From Planctomycetota bacterium (lineage in GTDB: Bacteria; Planctomycetota; B15-G4): 64,000 bases of DNA. Shown piece by piece: positions 42,536 through 53,143 of this stretch. The stretch covers positions 1-64,000 of the forward strand of contig JBBQUR010000023.1 of assembly GCA_038212275.1 (NCBI GenBank). Direction: 5' to 3'. Position numbers and translations under genes: made by a program. Position 1 is the first letter of the stretch. Every line of letters begins with the position of its first letter. The notes below the pieces were generated by a model. It searched no databases. It was not told where the DNA came from and worked only from the letters and a program-made list of their open reading frames with translations.

Positions 42536-42732
42536 GATCCCGCTCCACCATCCTGCATGTCCGCCGGCCGGAAAGTCGCCGGCCACTCCACGCGCGCCGG
42601 AGTGTAACCGGCACGGCCGTCGCACGATGACGCGGCGCAGCTCGCGGAAGGCGAGCTCGAAGCGTGGCGCGACGAACGCGGAGCTCCGCTAGACTTGGCG
42701 CGCGCCGCCAACGCCCCCGCTCGGAGACCGCC

Positions 42733-43602
42733 ATGGATCGCCGCCAGTTTCTCGCCGTCTCAGCCGCCTCGATCGCCGCGGCGAGCTTCGGCCGCGCGTC
42801 GGCACGAGCGCTGCCCGCTGCCTCGCTGCGTGCGCCGCCCGCTCTCAAGGGACGCCTCAAGCACTCCGTCGCGCGCTGGTGCTACGGCGGCATCCCGCTC
42901 GATGAACTCTGCACGCGCGCCGCGGCGATGGGCATCACGTCCATCGAGATCCTCGACGAGCCGGAGTGGGCCGTCGTCGCCAGTCACGGGCTCACCTGCG
43001 CCGTCGCCAACGGGCCGGGCTCCATCCCGAAGGGCTGGAACAGGCTGGAGCATCACGACGCGCTCGTCGCGCGCAGCAACGAACTGCTGCCGAAGATCGC
43101 CGCGGCCGGCATCCCGAACATGATCGTGTTCTCGGGCAATCGCGACGGGCAGCCGGACGAGGAGGGCATCGCCCATTGCATCACGGGCCTCAAGCGCATC
43201 ATGCCGCTGGCCGAGGAACTCGGCGTGACCGTGGTGCTGGAGTACCTGAACAGCAAGGTCGACCACGGCGACTACCAGTTCGACCACATGGCCTTCGGCG
43301 TCGCGGTCATCGAGGGCGTCGCCTCGCCGCGCTGCAAGATCCTCTACGACATCTATCACGCGCAGATCATGGAGGGCGACGTGATCCGCACGATCCGCGA
43401 CCACATCGCCCACATCGGGCACTTCCACACCGGCGGCGTGCCGGGCCGCCACGAGATCGACGACACGCAGGAGCTGAACTACGGCGCCGTGTGCCGCGCG
43501 ATCGCCGACACCGGCTACACCGGCTTCGTCGCGCAGGAGTTCGTGCCGACGCGCGACCCGCTGACCAGCCTCGCACAAGCCATCGCCATCTGCGACGCCT
43601 GA
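42733..43602 (+). CDS. Tat-exported hydroxypyruvate isomerase-like TIM-barrel protein
   Basis: MDRRQFL; LEYLNSKVDH, LYDIYHAQIMEG, HFHTGGVPGRHE, QEF. Confidence 0.92.
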   Translation: MDRRQFLAVSAASIAAASFGRASARALPAASLRAPPALKGRLKHSVARWCYGGIPLDELCTRAAAMGITSIEILDEPEWAVVASHGLTCAVANGPGSIPKGWNRLEHHDALVARSNELLPKIAAAGIPNMIVFSGNRDGQPDEEGIAHCITGLKRIMPLAEELGVTVVLEYLNSKVDHGDYQFDHMAFGVAVIEGVASPRCKILYDIYHAQIMEGDVIRTIRDHIAHIGHFHTGGVPGRHEIDDTQELNYGAVCRAIADTGYTGFVAQEFVPTRDPLTSLAQAIAICDA

Positions 43603-43632
43603 CGACGGGGCGCGCTTCGCCACGAGCCGCTC

Positions 43633-43690
43633 GGCATCGCGCCTGTGGCATCGCGCCTGTGGCATCGCGCCTGTCGGCATCGCGCCGGTG
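43633..43690. repeat. 14-bp tandem repeat (GGCATCGCGCCTGT, ~4 copies)
   Basis: Read directly, intergenic. Confidence 0.85.
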
Positions 43691-43814
43691 GCTGTCGCGG
43701 ACGCGGGCTCGAACGCGGACTTCCATGACGGAATCCCGGTCGTCACGACCGCAGGGCGACTCCTAACCTGCGTGCCTCGGAGGACCGAGATCGCCACGCG
43801 TGGAGAAACCCGTC

Positions 43815-45179
43815 ATGCTGCCCGCCATGTCCGCCAGGTCCGGAAGATCCCCAGCCGCCTCGGTCACGCGAAGCGCCGCTCCCACGAGAGGCGCCGCGGT
43901 GACGCCAGGCGCTGCGTCCGCGCCAGGCGCTGCGTCCGCGCCGGGCGCTGCGTCCGCGCCGGGCGCCGCATCCGCGCCGGGCGCTGCGGTCGCGCCAGGC
44001 GGGCCGTCCGCGCCAGACGCACGGGTCGGGTCGCGGGCGGCGGCCACGCTGCCGCCGCACGCGGAGATGGTGGCTGCGTACATGGCCGGCGACCGCAGCT
44101 ACGACGGTGTCTTCCTCACCGGCGTGCGCACGACCGGCATCTTCTGCCGGCCGACCTGCCCGGCTCGCAAGCCGCGGCCCGAGAACGTGGAGTTCTTCCG
44201 CAGCAGCCAGGAGGCGCTGGCCGCGGGCTATCGCGCGTGCCTGCGCTGCCATCCCATGGACATGCCCGGCGCGCCGCGGCCCGGACCCGACACGGACGCG
44301 ATGCTGGCTCTCGTCGCCGAAGCGGAGAGCCAGCCCGAACGGCGCTGGCGCGAGCGCGATCTCATCGCGCGCGGCCTGAATCCCGACCGCGTGCGACGCT
44401 GGTTCGTCGCGCAGCACGGGATGAGCTTTCACGCGTGGCAGCGGGCGCGGCGGCTGGGGCGTGCGCTCTCGCAACTGCGCGCCGGCAGCGGTGTGCTCCC
44501 CGCGGCGCTCGACGCGGGATTTGACTCGATGAGCGGCTTCTCCGACGCGCTCCGGCAGCTAGTCGGCAGCAGCCCGGCGCGCGCGCGCGGCACGACGATC
44601 GTGCACCTGCAGCGCCTGCCCACGCCACTCGGGCCGTTGCTCGCTGGAGCCACCGACGAAGGCGTGCTGCTGCTGGAGTTCACGGACCGGCGCATGCTCG
44701 AGCGGCAACTGAAAACGCTGCACCGGCGCCTGAACTGCGCCTTCGTGCCGGGAAGCAGCGCGCCGCTGGCGCAGCTCGCCGCCGAACTCGAGGCCTACTT
44801 CGCGGGTGAGCCCGTCTCGTTCCGCGTGCCGCTGCTGCTGCCGGGCAGCGACTTCCAGCGCGAGGTCTGGGCGCAGTTGCAGACCATCCCGCGCGGAGCA
44901 ACGGCCAGCTACGCGGAGGTCGCACGCGCCATCGGCCGGCCTGCCGCGGTGCGCGCCGTGGCGCGAGCCAACGGTGACAATCGCATCGCCATTCTGGTGC
45001 CATGCCACCGCGTGATCGGCAGCGACGGCCAGCTCACCGGCTACGGCGGCGGACTGTGGCGCAAGCGCTGGCTGCTGGAACTCGAAGGGCACGCCGGACT
45101 CGTGCCGCTCACGCAGCAACCCCGAACAGCGTGCCGACGAAGTACGTGGCGCCCATCGCGAGCGCGCCCCACACCGTGA
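43815..45179 (+). CDS. ada: Bifunctional Ada regulator / methylated-DNA-protein-cysteine methyltransferase
   Basis: TTGIFCRPTC...RACLRCHP Zn domain, AraC-type HTH, PCHRVIG acceptor; N-terminal (APGAAS)n extension; start uncertain. Confidence 0.92.
   Translation: MLPAMSARSGRSPAASVTRSAAPTRGAAVTPGAASAPGAASAPGAASAPGAASAPGAAVAPGGPSAPDARVGSRAAATLPPHAEMVAAYMAGDRSYDGVFLTGVRTTGIFCRPTCPARKPRPENVEFFRSSQEALAAGYRACLRCHPMDMPGAPRPGPDTDAMLALVAEAESQPERRWRERDLIARGLNPDRVRRWFVAQHGMSFHAWQRARRLGRALSQLRAGSGVLPAALDAGFDSMSGFSDALRQLVGSSPARARGTTIVHLQRLPTPLGPLLAGATDEGVLLLEFTDRRMLERQLKTLHRRLNCAFVPGSSAPLAQLAAELEAYFAGEPVSFRVPLLLPGSDFQREVWAQLQTIPRGATASYAEVARAIGRPAAVRAVARANGDNRIAILVPCHRVIGSDGQLTGYGGGLWRKRWLLELEGHAGLVPLTQQPRTACRRSTWRPSRARPTP
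43903..44015. repeat. 18-bp in-frame tandem repeat (~6 copies) at the 5' end of ada
   Basis: CGCCRGGCGCTGCGTCCG units. Confidence 0.85.
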
Positions 45180-45798
45180 CGCGCAGCGCACCGACCGATG
45201 CCCGCGCACCGCCGACGCGCGCCGCGACAGCGCCCATGACCGCGAGGAACACGACCGACGTCGCGACGACCCACATGGCCAGCGCACCCTCGGGTGCGAG
45301 GGACGCGGCCAGCAGGGGCATCGCCGCACCGACCGAAAACGTGCCGGCCGAGGCGAGCGCGGCCTGCACCGGGCGGGCTCGCTGCCCGTCGCTGATGCCG
45401 AGCTCGTCGCGCGCATGAGCCGCCAGCGCATCGTGCGTCGTGAGCTGGTCCGCGACCTGTTGCGCGAGTGCCGGCTGCAGTCCGCGCTTCACGTAGATCC
45501 CGGCGAGTTCCGCGCGCTCGGAGTCCGGCTCGGTCGCGAGCTCGGCACGCTCGCGGTTCAGGTCCGCCTCTTCCGTGTCGGCCTGCGAGCTGACGGAGAC
45601 GTACTCGCCCGCGGCCATGGACATCGCCCCGGCGACCAGCCCCGCGACGCCCGCGACGAGGACCGAGCTGCGGCCCGCCTGTGCCGCCGCCACGCCGACC
45701 ACGAGACTCGCGGTGGACACGATGCCGTCGTTGGCGCCCATGACGGCGGCGCGCAACCAGCCGATGCGTTCCGAGCGGTGTCGTTCTCTGTGGCGCAT
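45109..45798 (-). CDS. VIT1/CCC1 family Fe/Mn transporter
   Basis: LRAAVMGANDGIVS, SMAAGEYVSVSSQ, HARDELG. Confidence 0.95.
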   Translation of the reverse strand: MRHRERHRSERIGWLRAAVMGANDGIVSTASLVVGVAAAQAGRSSVLVAGVAGLVAGAMSMAAGEYVSVSSQADTEEADLNRERAELATEPDSERAELAGIYVKRGLQPALAQQVADQLTTHDALAAHARDELGISDGQRARPVQAALASAGTFSVGAAMPLLAASLAPEGALAMWVVATSVVFLAVMGAVAARVGGARASVGALRVTVWGALAMGATYFVGTLFGVAA

Positions 45799-45836
45799 GG
45801 GCCTCTCCCTCCCCAGGGCGCCGCGTGTCGCGCCGT

Positions 45837-47459
45837 TCAGAAGCCGAGCAGGCTCGTCACCAGCTTGACCTTGATCGTCTTCTTCACGGTGGCCGTGCCG
45901 TCGGTCGCGAGGAATTTGAAGGACACGCTGCCCAGCTGCTGCAACGTCGGCACATCCCAGATGAGCTTGCCCGACATCTCGTCGAAGGAGGAGCCCTCGG
46001 GCGGCGGCTTCGAGGTGTCGAGCGAGAGTTCGGGCACGGTGCCGTCGAGATCGAAGGCGAGGATCGGGAGCTCATAGGCCACGGCCACCAGCGCGGTGGC
46101 CTTCGAGATCTTCGCGATCACCGGCTTGGCGTTCTTGGCCTCGTTCACGTCGAGCGCCTTGATCTTGATCGTCTGCGTGGTGTTCACCGGCTTGTCGATC
46201 CCGTCGCTGACGGTGATCTTGATCTTGTACGTACCCACCGGGCCTGCATTCGGCCAGACGATGCTGCGCGTGAGCTGATCCCACGTCGCGCCGGCGGGAA
46301 GCGGCACGTCGGCCACGGGCTCCACCACGAGGTCCTCCGACGGCAGGTCGCGGTCCACGGCAACCACCGGCAGCGTGATGTCCGTGCCTTCGGGCGCCGT
46401 GATGGTCATCGACGTGCCCACGGGCGGCTCGTTGTCCACGTTGTCCAGGTTGGGGAAGGCACTGCCGAGCACCAGCTTCTGGTAGGCGCTCTTCTTCAGG
46501 TCGAGAATCTCGTCCGTCGAGGTGCTCTGATAGATGCCGCCGTCGTCCCGCAGGACGAGCGTGTCGCCATCCCGCGTGATCACGGACCGGTAGGTCTCCG
46601 AGACGCCGTCGCTCGGCCCGCCGGGGAAGTTGATGATCGAATTCACCTGCTCCGCCGTGGAGTACAGGCGCCCGTCCGCGCGCAGCGCCAGCCAGCTGCC
46701 GTCCTCCGCGAAGGTGAAGTCGTAGTACAGCTGGTCGCCGATGAAATCGGCACCGCTGTCGTAGGGCAGGTCGGCCTCCTGCGTGCCCTCATCGAGCGGA
46801 TCGGCGGGCGATACGGGGATGGCCGCGCTCCGGATCTTGCCATCCTGGCGCAGCGCCCAGAGCGTGCCGTCCAGCGGATGAATGAGCAGGCGGGTCCAGA
46901 CCTTGGTGGGCACGTTGCCGTCGTCGCCCGAGTCGTTGAACTTCAGCAGCGGGCCGTCTTCCGGGACACGATAGACCGAGCCGTTCGACTTGAGCACGTA
47001 GACGGTCTGGCCGTCGGTCTCGATGTCGGTGAAGTCGAAGTTCTCGCCCGGGTAGTTGACCAGTTCTTCGTCGACGGCGTCCGCGACCTTCGTGATCTTG
47101 CCGCCCTTCGACATCGCGTAGAGCACGCCCATGTCGTCGAGCACGATCCCGCGCCAGCCGGAATCGCCCGGAAGGTTGATGACGTCGCCGCCGTTCTCCA
47201 CGATTTTCCCGTCGCCGCGGATCAGCCAGCGGTTGGGTCCCTGCACGACGAGGTCGCGCCAGAGTTCATCCTTGGAGGAGCTGTTGCTTCCCGGAAGGTC
47301 GTCGAGCGGGTAGCCGTTGGCGCTGACCATTCCCGACTGGTTGTAGGCGTAGACGAAGGTGTCCTGGGCGGACGCGGCCTGGCCGACGATGAGCAGTGCG
47401 GCCGCTGCGGCCAGGAGCTGTCGGGAAGTCATGATGAGCTCCGAGGGCGGGTTCTCCAT
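45837..47459 (-). CDS. Secreted beta-propeller protein with two cadherin/Ig-like C-terminal domains
   Basis: Repeated (W/Y)AL..DG.(I/V) blades; DNEPP...VAVDRD...LPAGA and FDLDG...PEG units; start may be ATG 47432. Confidence 0.8.
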   Translation of the reverse strand: MENPPSELIMTSRQLLAAAAALLIVGQAASAQDTFVYAYNQSGMVSANGYPLDDLPGSNSSSKDELWRDLVVQGPNRWLIRGDGKIVENGGDVINLPGDSGWRGIVLDDMGVLYAMSKGGKITKVADAVDEELVNYPGENFDFTDIETDGQTVYVLKSNGSVYRVPEDGPLLKFNDSGDDGNVPTKVWTRLLIHPLDGTLWALRQDGKIRSAAIPVSPADPLDEGTQEADLPYDSGADFIGDQLYYDFTFAEDGSWLALRADGRLYSTAEQVNSIINFPGGPSDGVSETYRSVITRDGDTLVLRDDGGIYQSTSTDEILDLKKSAYQKLVLGSAFPNLDNVDNEPPVGTSMTITAPEGTDITLPVVAVDRDLPSEDLVVEPVADVPLPAGATWDQLTRSIVWPNAGPVGTYKIKITVSDGIDKPVNTTQTIKIKALDVNEAKNAKPVIAKISKATALVAVAYELPILAFDLDGTVPELSLDTSKPPPEGSSFDEMSGKLIWDVPTLQQLGSVSFKFLATDGTATVKKTIKVKLVTSLLGF

Positions 47460-47532
47460 TGTCCCGCACTTCGGGGCTCCTCGTCCACACTTCAGCCCGG
47501 ACGAGCACGGTGGTCTGCCGCCGGCGGCAGCG

Positions 47533-48309
47533 TCACTTCATCGCGTCGCGCATTTCCAGCATCGGGCGATCGGCGGAATCCATGCGGATGAGACCCATCC
47601 GCGGAAACTCCAGATCCACGATCACGTAGATCGTCAGCGACATGATGAAGGCGAAGGCCAGAATGTGCAGCCAGGAACGGCCCTTGGGTGTCGCCATCGC
47701 GTGGCCCGCAAGGAAGGCAGCGAGCAGCGCCAGCCCGATGAGCATCGCCAGGATGAGTTCCGGGACGTGGACGAAGGCGGACGCCACGCGGCTGCTGGAG
47801 ATGTCGAACACCTGGTTGAGGGCCGGCAGCAGGAGCGTTGCCACGTAGACCCTGCCGTCCTTCACGGCGCCCGCACACCCGAGACTCCAGATCTCGCCCT
47901 GCAGCGCGACGGCATGCTGCTGCTGCCGCTCGGCGGCCTGCACATCGGGCAGCAGCCGGTACACGTCGAGGCGGGCGTCGACGTATGCGCGGAACGCGTC
48001 GCGTATCGCGGGCTGGTCCTCCGCGGGCAGCAGGTCGAGGCGCAACCACGCGGTGCCGATGGCATTGGCTTCCTCCACCACCAGGTGGCGCCGCGCGTCG
48101 AATCGACTCGAGGCCCCCGTGAAGGTGAAGGCGATGAGCAGGCCCAGAAGCGCGAACACAGCACCCTCGATGGCGCTCGTGCCGCTGCGCTCGCCTTCGG
48201 GATCATTCGCCTGCCGCCGGAGGCCGAGACGTCGCCCCGCTTCCAGGGCCGCGATCATGGCCAGAAAGAGCGTCACCGCGACCGCCAGGCCCCAATCCAG
48301 GATGCTCAT
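47533..48309 (-). CDS. DUF4239-like membrane protein
   Basis: LLGLLIAFTF, EANAIGTAWLR, IVDLEFPRMGLIR; GGAGG RBS. Confidence 0.82.
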   Translation of the reverse strand: MSILDWGLAVAVTLFLAMIAALEAGRRLGLRRQANDPEGERSGTSAIEGAVFALLGLLIAFTFTGASSRFDARRHLVVEEANAIGTAWLRLDLLPAEDQPAIRDAFRAYVDARLDVYRLLPDVQAAERQQQHAVALQGEIWSLGCAGAVKDGRVYVATLLLPALNQVFDISSSRVASAFVHVPELILAMLIGLALLAAFLAGHAMATPKGRSWLHILAFAFIMSLTIYVIVDLEFPRMGLIRMDSADRPMLEMRDAMK

Positions 48310-48322
48310 CTCGTCCTCCAGG

Positions 48323-49459
48323 TCAGGCCGGCATCCTGCCAGAAGCACTCGTCCGGTTCAGCCGACCTCCTTCCTCGGGGTCCGCGCACGCGTGGCACAC
48401 CCGGCGGAAGGCCGCGACGCCCTTCAGCGTGATGCGCGGAGCGAGGTGCCCGGCCTTCACGGGCTCGCGCCGCAGCAGGTCGGTGCTCAGGTACTTCTTG
48501 TTGCTGTCGGGGAAGACCGTGACCACGACGGCATCGCCACCGCACTGCTCGGCCACGCGCACCGCACCGAGAAAGTTGGCGCCCGAAGAAATGCCCACGC
48601 CCAGGCCTGCTTCCGCAGCCAGCTTCTGAGCCATGAGGATCGCGTCGCCGTCGTCGACGGCGATGACCTCGTCGAGGTCCGACAGGTGCACGATCGGCGG
48701 GATGAACTCGTCGGAGATGCCCTGGATGCGGTGCTGGCCCACCTTGTGCCCGGTGGAGAGCGTGGGCGAGTTGGCCGGCTCGAGCGGATGCACGCGAAGG
48801 GACGGACAGTGCGCTCGCAGCAGCAGCCCGACGCCCATGATCGTGCCGCCGGTGCCGACGCCCGCCACGAGCGCGTCGGGCTGCAGGCCGCGACCGCGGA
48901 GCTGAAGGAGAATTTCCGGGCCCGTGCTCGCCGCGTGGGCGGCCACGTTGTCCTCGTTGGAGAACTGCCGCGGGAGGAAGGCGTGTCCCGTGGTGGCCAC
49001 CAGTTCTTCCGCGAGGCGGATGGAGCCGAGGAATCCGCCCTCCGCGCGACTCACCAGCACGATCTCGGCGCCCAGGCTCGCGATGAGGTTGATGCGCTCG
49101 CTCGACATCCAGTCGGGCATGAAGATCGTGACCGGATGCCCGAGCGCCCGGCCGAGCGCGGCGAAGGCGATGCCCGTGTTCCCGCTCGTCGCCTCCACGA
49201 TGCGATCGCCGGGCACCAGGGCGCCGCGCGCATAGCCCTGCTCCAGGATGTGGAAGGCCATCCGGTCCTTGATCGAGCCGGTCATGTTGAGGTGCTCGGC
49301 CTTGGCGAACACGCTGCCGCGGCGGCCGTCGACTTCGTAGTCGATCTGCAGCATCGGCGTGTTGCCGACGAGGCTCCGCAAGCCGTGGAGGCGGGCGATG
49401 GCGGCCATGCTGGAGACGCCGGAAACGCTGGAGGTATCGGAGGTGTCGGAAGCTTCCAT
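48323..49459 (-). CDS. PLP-dependent cysteine synthase family protein
   Basis: [46 protein letters not shown]. Confidence 0.92.
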   Translation of the reverse strand: MEASDTSDTSSVSGVSSMAAIARLHGLRSLVGNTPMLQIDYEVDGRRGSVFAKAEHLNMTGSIKDRMAFHILEQGYARGALVPGDRIVEATSGNTGIAFAALGRALGHPVTIFMPDWMSSERINLIASLGAEIVLVSRAEGGFLGSIRLAEELVATTGHAFLPRQFSNEDNVAAHAASTGPEILLQLRGRGLQPDALVAGVGTGGTIMGVGLLLRAHCPSLRVHPLEPANSPTLSTGHKVGQHRIQGISDEFIPPIVHLSDLDEVIAVDDGDAILMAQKLAAEAGLGVGISSGANFLGAVRVAEQCGGDAVVVTVFPDSNKKYLSTDLLRREPVKAGHLAPRITLKGVAAFRRVCHACADPEEGGRLNRTSASGRMPA

Positions 49460-49672
49460 GAGCGCCTCACGGGGCCGGGAGCGGGCAGTGACTTTCGGAT
49501 TCGCCGCTGGCGCAAACCCTTGCCGACCGGCGACTTGCCAGCCGACTCATCACTCAGTTTACCAGCACAAGCCGCAGGGAACCGGCCCCATCGAGCGGAA
49601 GTTCGCCGCGAGAAGGCTCACCGGGAGGACCGGGGGCCGCATGCGAGGCGCCACCGGCACGCGCCGAGGGCA

Positions 49673-50227
49673 TCACCCGTGCGTGGACTGCCAGATGGAG
49701 TAGAGATTGCCCAGTGCGTGCATCGTGATGGGCAGCAGCAGCGAGCCGCTGGCGACCCGGCATGTGCCGAGGAACAGGCCGTCCAGGAAGATCATGCCGA
49801 GCAGCGCCGGCTCATATTGCACGTGCATCAGCGCCCAGGCCGCGGCGGTCAGCAGCACCGCCCCGCGCACGCCGAACTTCGTGCGCCGCAGGAGATTCAG
49901 CGCGAGCCCGCGCATCAGCAGCTCCTCGAGCAGCGGGCCCGCCAGGCCGATGGCCGCGACGCGCATCCCGAAGATCAGCGCCGGGTAGTCCTTCCAGCGC
50001 GTCGGTTGCTCCACGCCGAGCTGCGCCATGACGACTTCGCTGAGCGCCATCCAGGCGATCCATCCCGCAAGCCAGCAAGCGGCCACGGACGCGCGCGGCC
50101 AGCGCAGCCCCAGCCCACCATCGGCCGCCCATGCGATGCCGCGCCTTTTCGCAGCGAACAGCAGCGCGACGCTCGCGCCGAGCGGCACGAACAGCTTGAG
50201 CAGCGTTGACACCCATGGCGCGTCCAT
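49673..50227 (-). CDS. CPBP (CAAX/Abi) intramembrane metalloprotease
   Basis: EELLMRG, WALMH, HALGN; multiple TM segments. Confidence 0.88.
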   Translation of the reverse strand: MDAPWVSTLLKLFVPLGASVALLFAAKRRGIAWAADGGLGLRWPRASVAACWLAGWIAWMALSEVVMAQLGVEQPTRWKDYPALIFGMRVAAIGLAGPLLEELLMRGLALNLLRRTKFGVRGAVLLTAAAWALMHVQYEPALLGMIFLDGLFLGTCRVASGSLLLPITMHALGNLYSIWQSTHG

Positions 50228-50289
50228 GCGTCCGCCCCTACGGCCCGGAGCCGGCGCGGCGCTGAGCTCGCACCGGCCACATCACGGCC

Positions 50290-50856
50290 TCAGAGCGCGT
50301 GAGGCCAGAGCCAGCCGAAGGTGCCTGCCGTGACGAGCGCATACACGGCGCCGTCGAACAGGAACTTGAAGGTGGTGCTCCACGCCACGCCTTTCCAGAT
50401 CGAGTCGGTCACGCCGGAGAGGCCGTAGCCGAGGAAGGCCGCGAGCGCGACCAGATGGAAGACGTGCGCATAGTCGGCGCCGCGAGGCAGTGCCGGCCAC
50501 GCGACGAACGCGACGACCGTGCTCACGACGAGCGTGAACACGAACCACTGCAGCAGCGACTTGCCCATGTTCACGCCGCCGGGGCCGCGCACGATGAGCG
50601 TGCCCACCGGCCCCTGGGCAAGCTTCGCCTTCAGCTCCGGCGAGTTCATCTCCTTCATGGAGCTGCAGTGAGGAAACATGTAGGCACCAGGTCCCACGCC
50701 GTGGGCGCGGAATCCCGCCAGCACCTTGTCTTCCTGCGGCAACGCGCTGAAGTCGCCCTTGTGAATCGGCAGCACCATGTGCAGGACCGAGCTCACGAGG
50801 AAGACGAACACGCCCGACAGCAGGATCGGCAGCCACAGATCTTCCAGCACGGCCAT
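50290..50856 (-). CDS. Conserved integral membrane protein
   Basis: LWLPILLSGVFVFLVSSVLHMVLP; 4-5 TM segments. Confidence 0.8.
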   Translation of the reverse strand: MAVLEDLWLPILLSGVFVFLVSSVLHMVLPIHKGDFSALPQEDKVLAGFRAHGVGPGAYMFPHCSSMKEMNSPELKAKLAQGPVGTLIVRGPGGVNMGKSLLQWFVFTLVVSTVVAFVAWPALPRGADYAHVFHLVALAAFLGYGLSGVTDSIWKGVAWSTTFKFLFDGAVYALVTAGTFGWLWPHAL

Positions 50857-51162
50857 CTCACTTTCCTCCAACCGATATTCACGCCCGTCATGGTGTACCG
50901 CGGGCTACCGCTGCTCCGCCAGGACTGATTGCCTCCACCCGGCGAGGAGTTCGTCCTCGCTCAGGTCGATCGCTTCGAGCAGCTCCTCCTGTTGCACGGC
51001 GCCCGGCATGCCGACCAGCGCGGGCCCGCGCCGGACGGCAGCCACGCCCGATGCGACAGCGGTCGGGCACTATCGGACAGGCCGGGCGGCTTCGCACAAT
51101 GCGGGCGCCCCTGCCGACCCGTCGTTCCATGTCCCGTTGCGGCGCCGCCGCTGGAGAGACCC

Positions 51163-52065
51163 GTGTCCAAGAAGCATGAGAAGGAACAGAGCCGGGATTC
51201 CGGACTCGCCGCTGCATCGGCCGACTCGAAGAAGCGCGCGAAACGCGCCGCCGGTTCCGGGAAGTCCGGCAGGCACCGCGCAGAGGATGCCGGCGAACTT
51301 TCGCGCAAGGACTACGGGCGCGCTCTCAAGAAGCTGCACGCGGAACTCGTGCGCCTTCAGGAGTGGGTGCGTCACCGTGGCCTCAAGGTCTGCATCGTGT
51401 TCGAGGGCCGCGACGGCGCCGGCAAGGGCGGCACCATCAAGGCGATCACGGAGCGCGTGAGCCCGCGCGTCTTCCGCGTCATCGCGCTGCCCGCGCCGAA
51501 CGATCGCGAGAAGAGCCAGATGTATCTGCAGCGCTACGTGACGCACTTCCCCGCAGCCGGTGAGGTCGTGATCTTCGACCGCAGCTGGTACAACCGCGCC
51601 GGCGTCGAGCGCGTCATGGGCTTCTGCACCGAGGAGCAGAGCAAGCACTTCATCGAGTCCGCTCCCGGCTTCGAGAAGGCCATGGTCGAGTCGGGCATCA
51701 TCCTGCTGAAGTACTGGCTCGAAGTCAGCGAGCAGGAGCAGACGCGCCGGCTGAAGTCGCGCATCCACGACGGCCGCAAGATCTGGAAGCTCTCGCCGAT
51801 GGACATGAAGTCCTACAGCCGCTGGTACGACTACTCGCGCGCGCGCGACGACATGTTCAAGGCCACCGACACGCCGTGGGCGCCGTGGTTCGTGGTGCCC
51901 TCCGACGACAAGCAGCGGGCGCGGCTCAATCTCATCAGCCACCTGCTGGAGGCGATTCCCCACAAGGACGTGCCGCGCGAGAAGGTCAAGCTCCCCAAAC
52001 GCCAGAAGGCGCACGGCTACGTGGAGCCGCACTACCCCTACAAGCTGGTTCCCGCGAAGTACTGA
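51163..52065 (+). CDS. ppk2: Polyphosphate kinase 2
   Basis: FEGRDGAGKGG, FDRSWYNRAGVERVMGFC, WKLSPMD; GGAG RBS before GTG 51163. Confidence 0.95.
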   Translation: MSKKHEKEQSRDSGLAAASADSKKRAKRAAGSGKSGRHRAEDAGELSRKDYGRALKKLHAELVRLQEWVRHRGLKVCIVFEGRDGAGKGGTIKAITERVSPRVFRVIALPAPNDREKSQMYLQRYVTHFPAAGEVVIFDRSWYNRAGVERVMGFCTEEQSKHFIESAPGFEKAMVESGIILLKYWLEVSEQEQTRRLKSRIHDGRKIWKLSPMDMKSYSRWYDYSRARDDMFKATDTPWAPWFVVPSDDKQRARLNLISHLLEAIPHKDVPREKVKLPKRQKAHGYVEPHYPYKLVPAKY

Positions 52066-52123
52066 GCCTGCACCGGAGCGGCTGCCGGCACCGCGGCCGG
52101 CGCGACGGAGCCTGCCTGCCGGA

Positions 52124-52370
52124 TCAATCCGGCTTGCGCACGAAGTGCAGTTCCGCGAGGTGCGCCGGGTCGGGCGCGCCGTCGGACCAGCCCTGCCACG
52201 TGACGCGGATCTCGTCGAGCGTCACGAACTCGCAGGCGAGCTCATGCATGTGCATGTCGCGCGCCGGGTCGATGTTGGTGCCGCCGTCGAAGGCGAACTC
52301 CACTCGGTCCTCGTGGAATCGTCTTGCTCGCAGCCGCGGCTGCCTGCCGACGCCGCGCGTCAGTCGGAGC
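52124..52370 (-). pseudogene. C-terminal fragment of a hypothetical protein (N-terminus missing)
   Basis: G.QPRLRA...FAFDGGTNIDPARDMHMH reads like a protein core, but there is no credible start and the upstream frame overlaps another gene. Confidence 0.45.
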
Positions 52371-52376
52371 CGGGGG

Positions 52377-52622
52377 TCAGCCGGAGCCGGGCTTCGTCGG
52401 CCCGCCGGGGCGGCACGGTGGTTGCGACGCGGCACGCCCCCACCGCGGCGACAGCACGAGCACGATGACCGAGGCCACCACGGAACCGATCACGGCCGTG
52501 GCGACGGGCCGCGCCCAGTGTCCGCCCAGCCAGCGCTGCAGCAGCACGCCCGCCACCGACGCCAGGATGCTTACGAGCACCGTCCCGACGACGATCCGCA
52601 CGGTGGACGCGCGCGGCTTCAC
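52377..52622 (-). CDS. Small 2-TM membrane protein
   Basis: GTGA overlap with the DinB-like stop; two hydrophobic helices. Confidence 0.6.
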   Translation of the reverse strand: MKPRASTVRIVVGTVLVSILASVAGVLLQRWLGGHWARPVATAVIGSVVASVIVLVLSPRWGRAASQPPCRPGGPTKPGSG

Positions 52623-53128
52623 GCCTTGCGCTTCCAATCCTTGCCGGCCCACGCATTCGCGGTGCCCAGCTCCGTCGCGCCGGCTGCCTTCGCGTAGACG
52701 GCGAGCTGCAGCTTGTACGCCGCGAGCCACTTGAAGGGCCCGCCGAGGATCGCGATGCCCAGCGTCGCCGTGCCGCCGGACGGCACGAGCGCTTCCTGCG
52801 TCTCCAGCTGGTGCTCCGTGACGCCTGCGAAAAACGCCTCGATCTGCGCCTTCTGCGTGGCCATGGCCGCGGGGAAATCCTCCGCGCGCAGCGGGGCGCT
52901 CAGTCGCTCGTACTCGCCGACGAGGTCCCAGTTGCGCTCGGTCGTCAACCGCAGCCCGGCGATGCCGCATACGGACAAGTAGCGCAGCAGCTCCAGCGTG
53001 CTGCGCTGCCCCGGCGACGGCCGGTACTCCAGCGCCGCCGGCCCGAGCGCCGCCACCTTCTCGTAGAGGTGCTGGCAGATGTCGCACTCGCGCATCATCG
53101 CGGCGGCGAGCTGGTCCTTGGTGATCAT
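52619..53128 (-). CDS. DinB/YfiT-like protein
   Basis: LEYRPSPGQRSTLELLRYL, AAYKLQLAVYAK pattern (canonical His ligands absent). Confidence 0.7.
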   Translation of the reverse strand: MITKDQLAAAMMRECDICQHLYEKVAALGPAALEYRPSPGQRSTLELLRYLSVCGIAGLRLTTERNWDLVGEYERLSAPLRAEDFPAAMATQKAQIEAFFAGVTEHQLETQEALVPSGGTATLGIAILGGPFKWLAAYKLQLAVYAKAAGATELGTANAWAGKDWKRKA

Positions 53129-53143
53129 GCGTGGCGTCCCGAG

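Noticed and set aside
42733..43602. Tat signal on a hydroxypyruvate isomerase-like enzyme
   Set aside because: A known common subfamily in Planctomycetota and Bacteroidota; not novel.
45109..45179. 71-bp convergent overlap of ada and VIT
   Set aside because: Most simply explained by a run-on tail after the Ada domain ends. Such overlaps are common in GC-rich genomes.
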